Below are positions 63,630 through 64,000 of a stretch of 64,000 nucleotides of DNA, in pieces. The DNA comes from Coraliomargarita sp. (GTDB taxonomy: Bacteria; Verrucomicrobiota; Verrucomicrobiia; Opitutales; Coraliomargaritaceae): contig CBFHLR010000012.1 in NCBI GenBank assembly GCA_965656715.1, positions 3,551 through 67,550 on the forward strand, in the 5' to 3' direction. Below the pieces are notes generated by a model, which worked only from the letters and a program-made list of their open reading frames with translations, was not told the origin of the DNA and made no database searches. The translations under genes were made by a program, and so were the position numbers. The first letter of the stretch is position 1. Every line of letters begins with the position of its first letter.

Positions 63630-64000
63630 ATGAAATGGACGCTGCCTATTGTTACCTTGTTGTGTGGTTTGGTTGGAGGCTGGCTATTGTCCGGCGCTTC
63701 GAGTGGGGGATCTGCTGAATTTCAGTCTTACAGTGCCGCGGAGCAGGGCGTGGCGAAGTCTACGGTGCAGGCTGGTGCAGGTGGCGCAGACGGAGTTGTT
63801 GAGGCAGAAGGGGCTTTCACCGGTAGTCAGATTGCCGGTGGGATTGAAGATGAGTGGCTGGAGTCCTTGGCGGATATGGATGACTTTGAGCGGATTGGAG
63901 CGATTCATTCTCGTGTCAAAAATTTGCAGGCGGATCAGTTTGAGCAGCTATTGGAGGGGCTTGATTTGATTTCGAATACGTATGGCTGGCAGTTGCGTTC
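63630..64000 (+). CDS. Hypothetical secreted/membrane protein, 5' partial (runs off the window)
   Basis: ATG 63630 opens a frame with no stop to the window end: MKWTLPIVTLLCGLVGGWLLSGASSGG...DEWLESLADMDDFERIGAIHSRV... It has a signal-like N-terminus and ordinary amino-acid composition. It is preferred over the overlapping tracked ORF 63649..63969. Confidence 0.45.
   Translation, partial: MKWTLPIVTLLCGLVGGWLLSGASSGGSAEFQSYSAAEQGVAKSTVQAGAGGADGVVEAEGAFTGSQIAGGIEDEWLESLADMDDFERIGAIHSRVKNLQADQFEQLLEGLDLISNTYGWQLR

Noticed and set aside
63649-63969. 106-aa tracked ORF (MLPCCVVWLEAGYCPALRV...)
   Set aside because: It has a Cys/Arg/Trp-rich, implausible composition. The overlapping frame starting at ATG 63630 has a signal-like N-terminus and ordinary composition and stays open to the window end.

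Overview
This 64-kb window is mostly housekeeping genes from a Gram-negative bacterium. Hand counts of single 60-nt lines give roughly 52-65% GC in the core. A PEP-CTERM protein, an EpsI-like protein, a prepilin-type N-terminus and leaders with no visible Shine-Dalgarno (SD) sequence suggest a Verrucomicrobiota/PVC-like organism, but this is a low-confidence inference.

Confidently recognised genes: hisH, citrate synthase, zwf plus an OpcA-like gene, gltB-gltD, accB-accC followed by Asp23/AmaP-like genes, kdsB, trpB, trpG, nrdR, fabV, a PhnA-domain gene, a cyclophilin, mdh, a class-I DAHP synthase and amtB-glnK. There is also a TonB2/Ttp-type energy-transduction cluster (DUF3450, long ExbB, ExbB, ExbD, TonB, TPR protein), two type II toxin-antitoxin (TA) pairs (Phd/YefM-VapC and RHH-MazF), a CHASE2 nucleotide cyclase, a hybrid PAS histidine kinase, RNase P RNA (rnpB) and tmRNA (ssrA). 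I found no tRNA, rRNA, CRISPR array, transposase or integrase.

The most unusual content lies outside the annotated proteins:
- At least three families of dispersed intergenic repeats. One ~90-nt family sits on or next to stop codons: it supplies the last codons and stop of trpB, and it forms a tandem array that repeats the last six codons of the TPR gene.
- A palindromic double-hairpin element beside both TA loci and at the edges of a low-GC segment.
- GC-hairpin repeats that bracket rnpB symmetrically.
- Heptad-like, compositionally skewed spacers inside operons, with a recurring GTGGGAARG / CYTTCCCAC motif.
- An ~11-kb lower-GC accessory segment (about 31.75-43.3 kb). It carries a TonB-dependent receptor, an uncharacterised secreted protein, a PEP-CTERM protein, a disrupted O-antigen-ligase/TPR gene and three secreted proteins of unknown function.
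- A flavoprotein gene whose Rossmann motif lies upstream of any ATG/GTG/TTG start codon.

All functional calls come from reading the translated ORFs against remembered family motifs. No database search was run.
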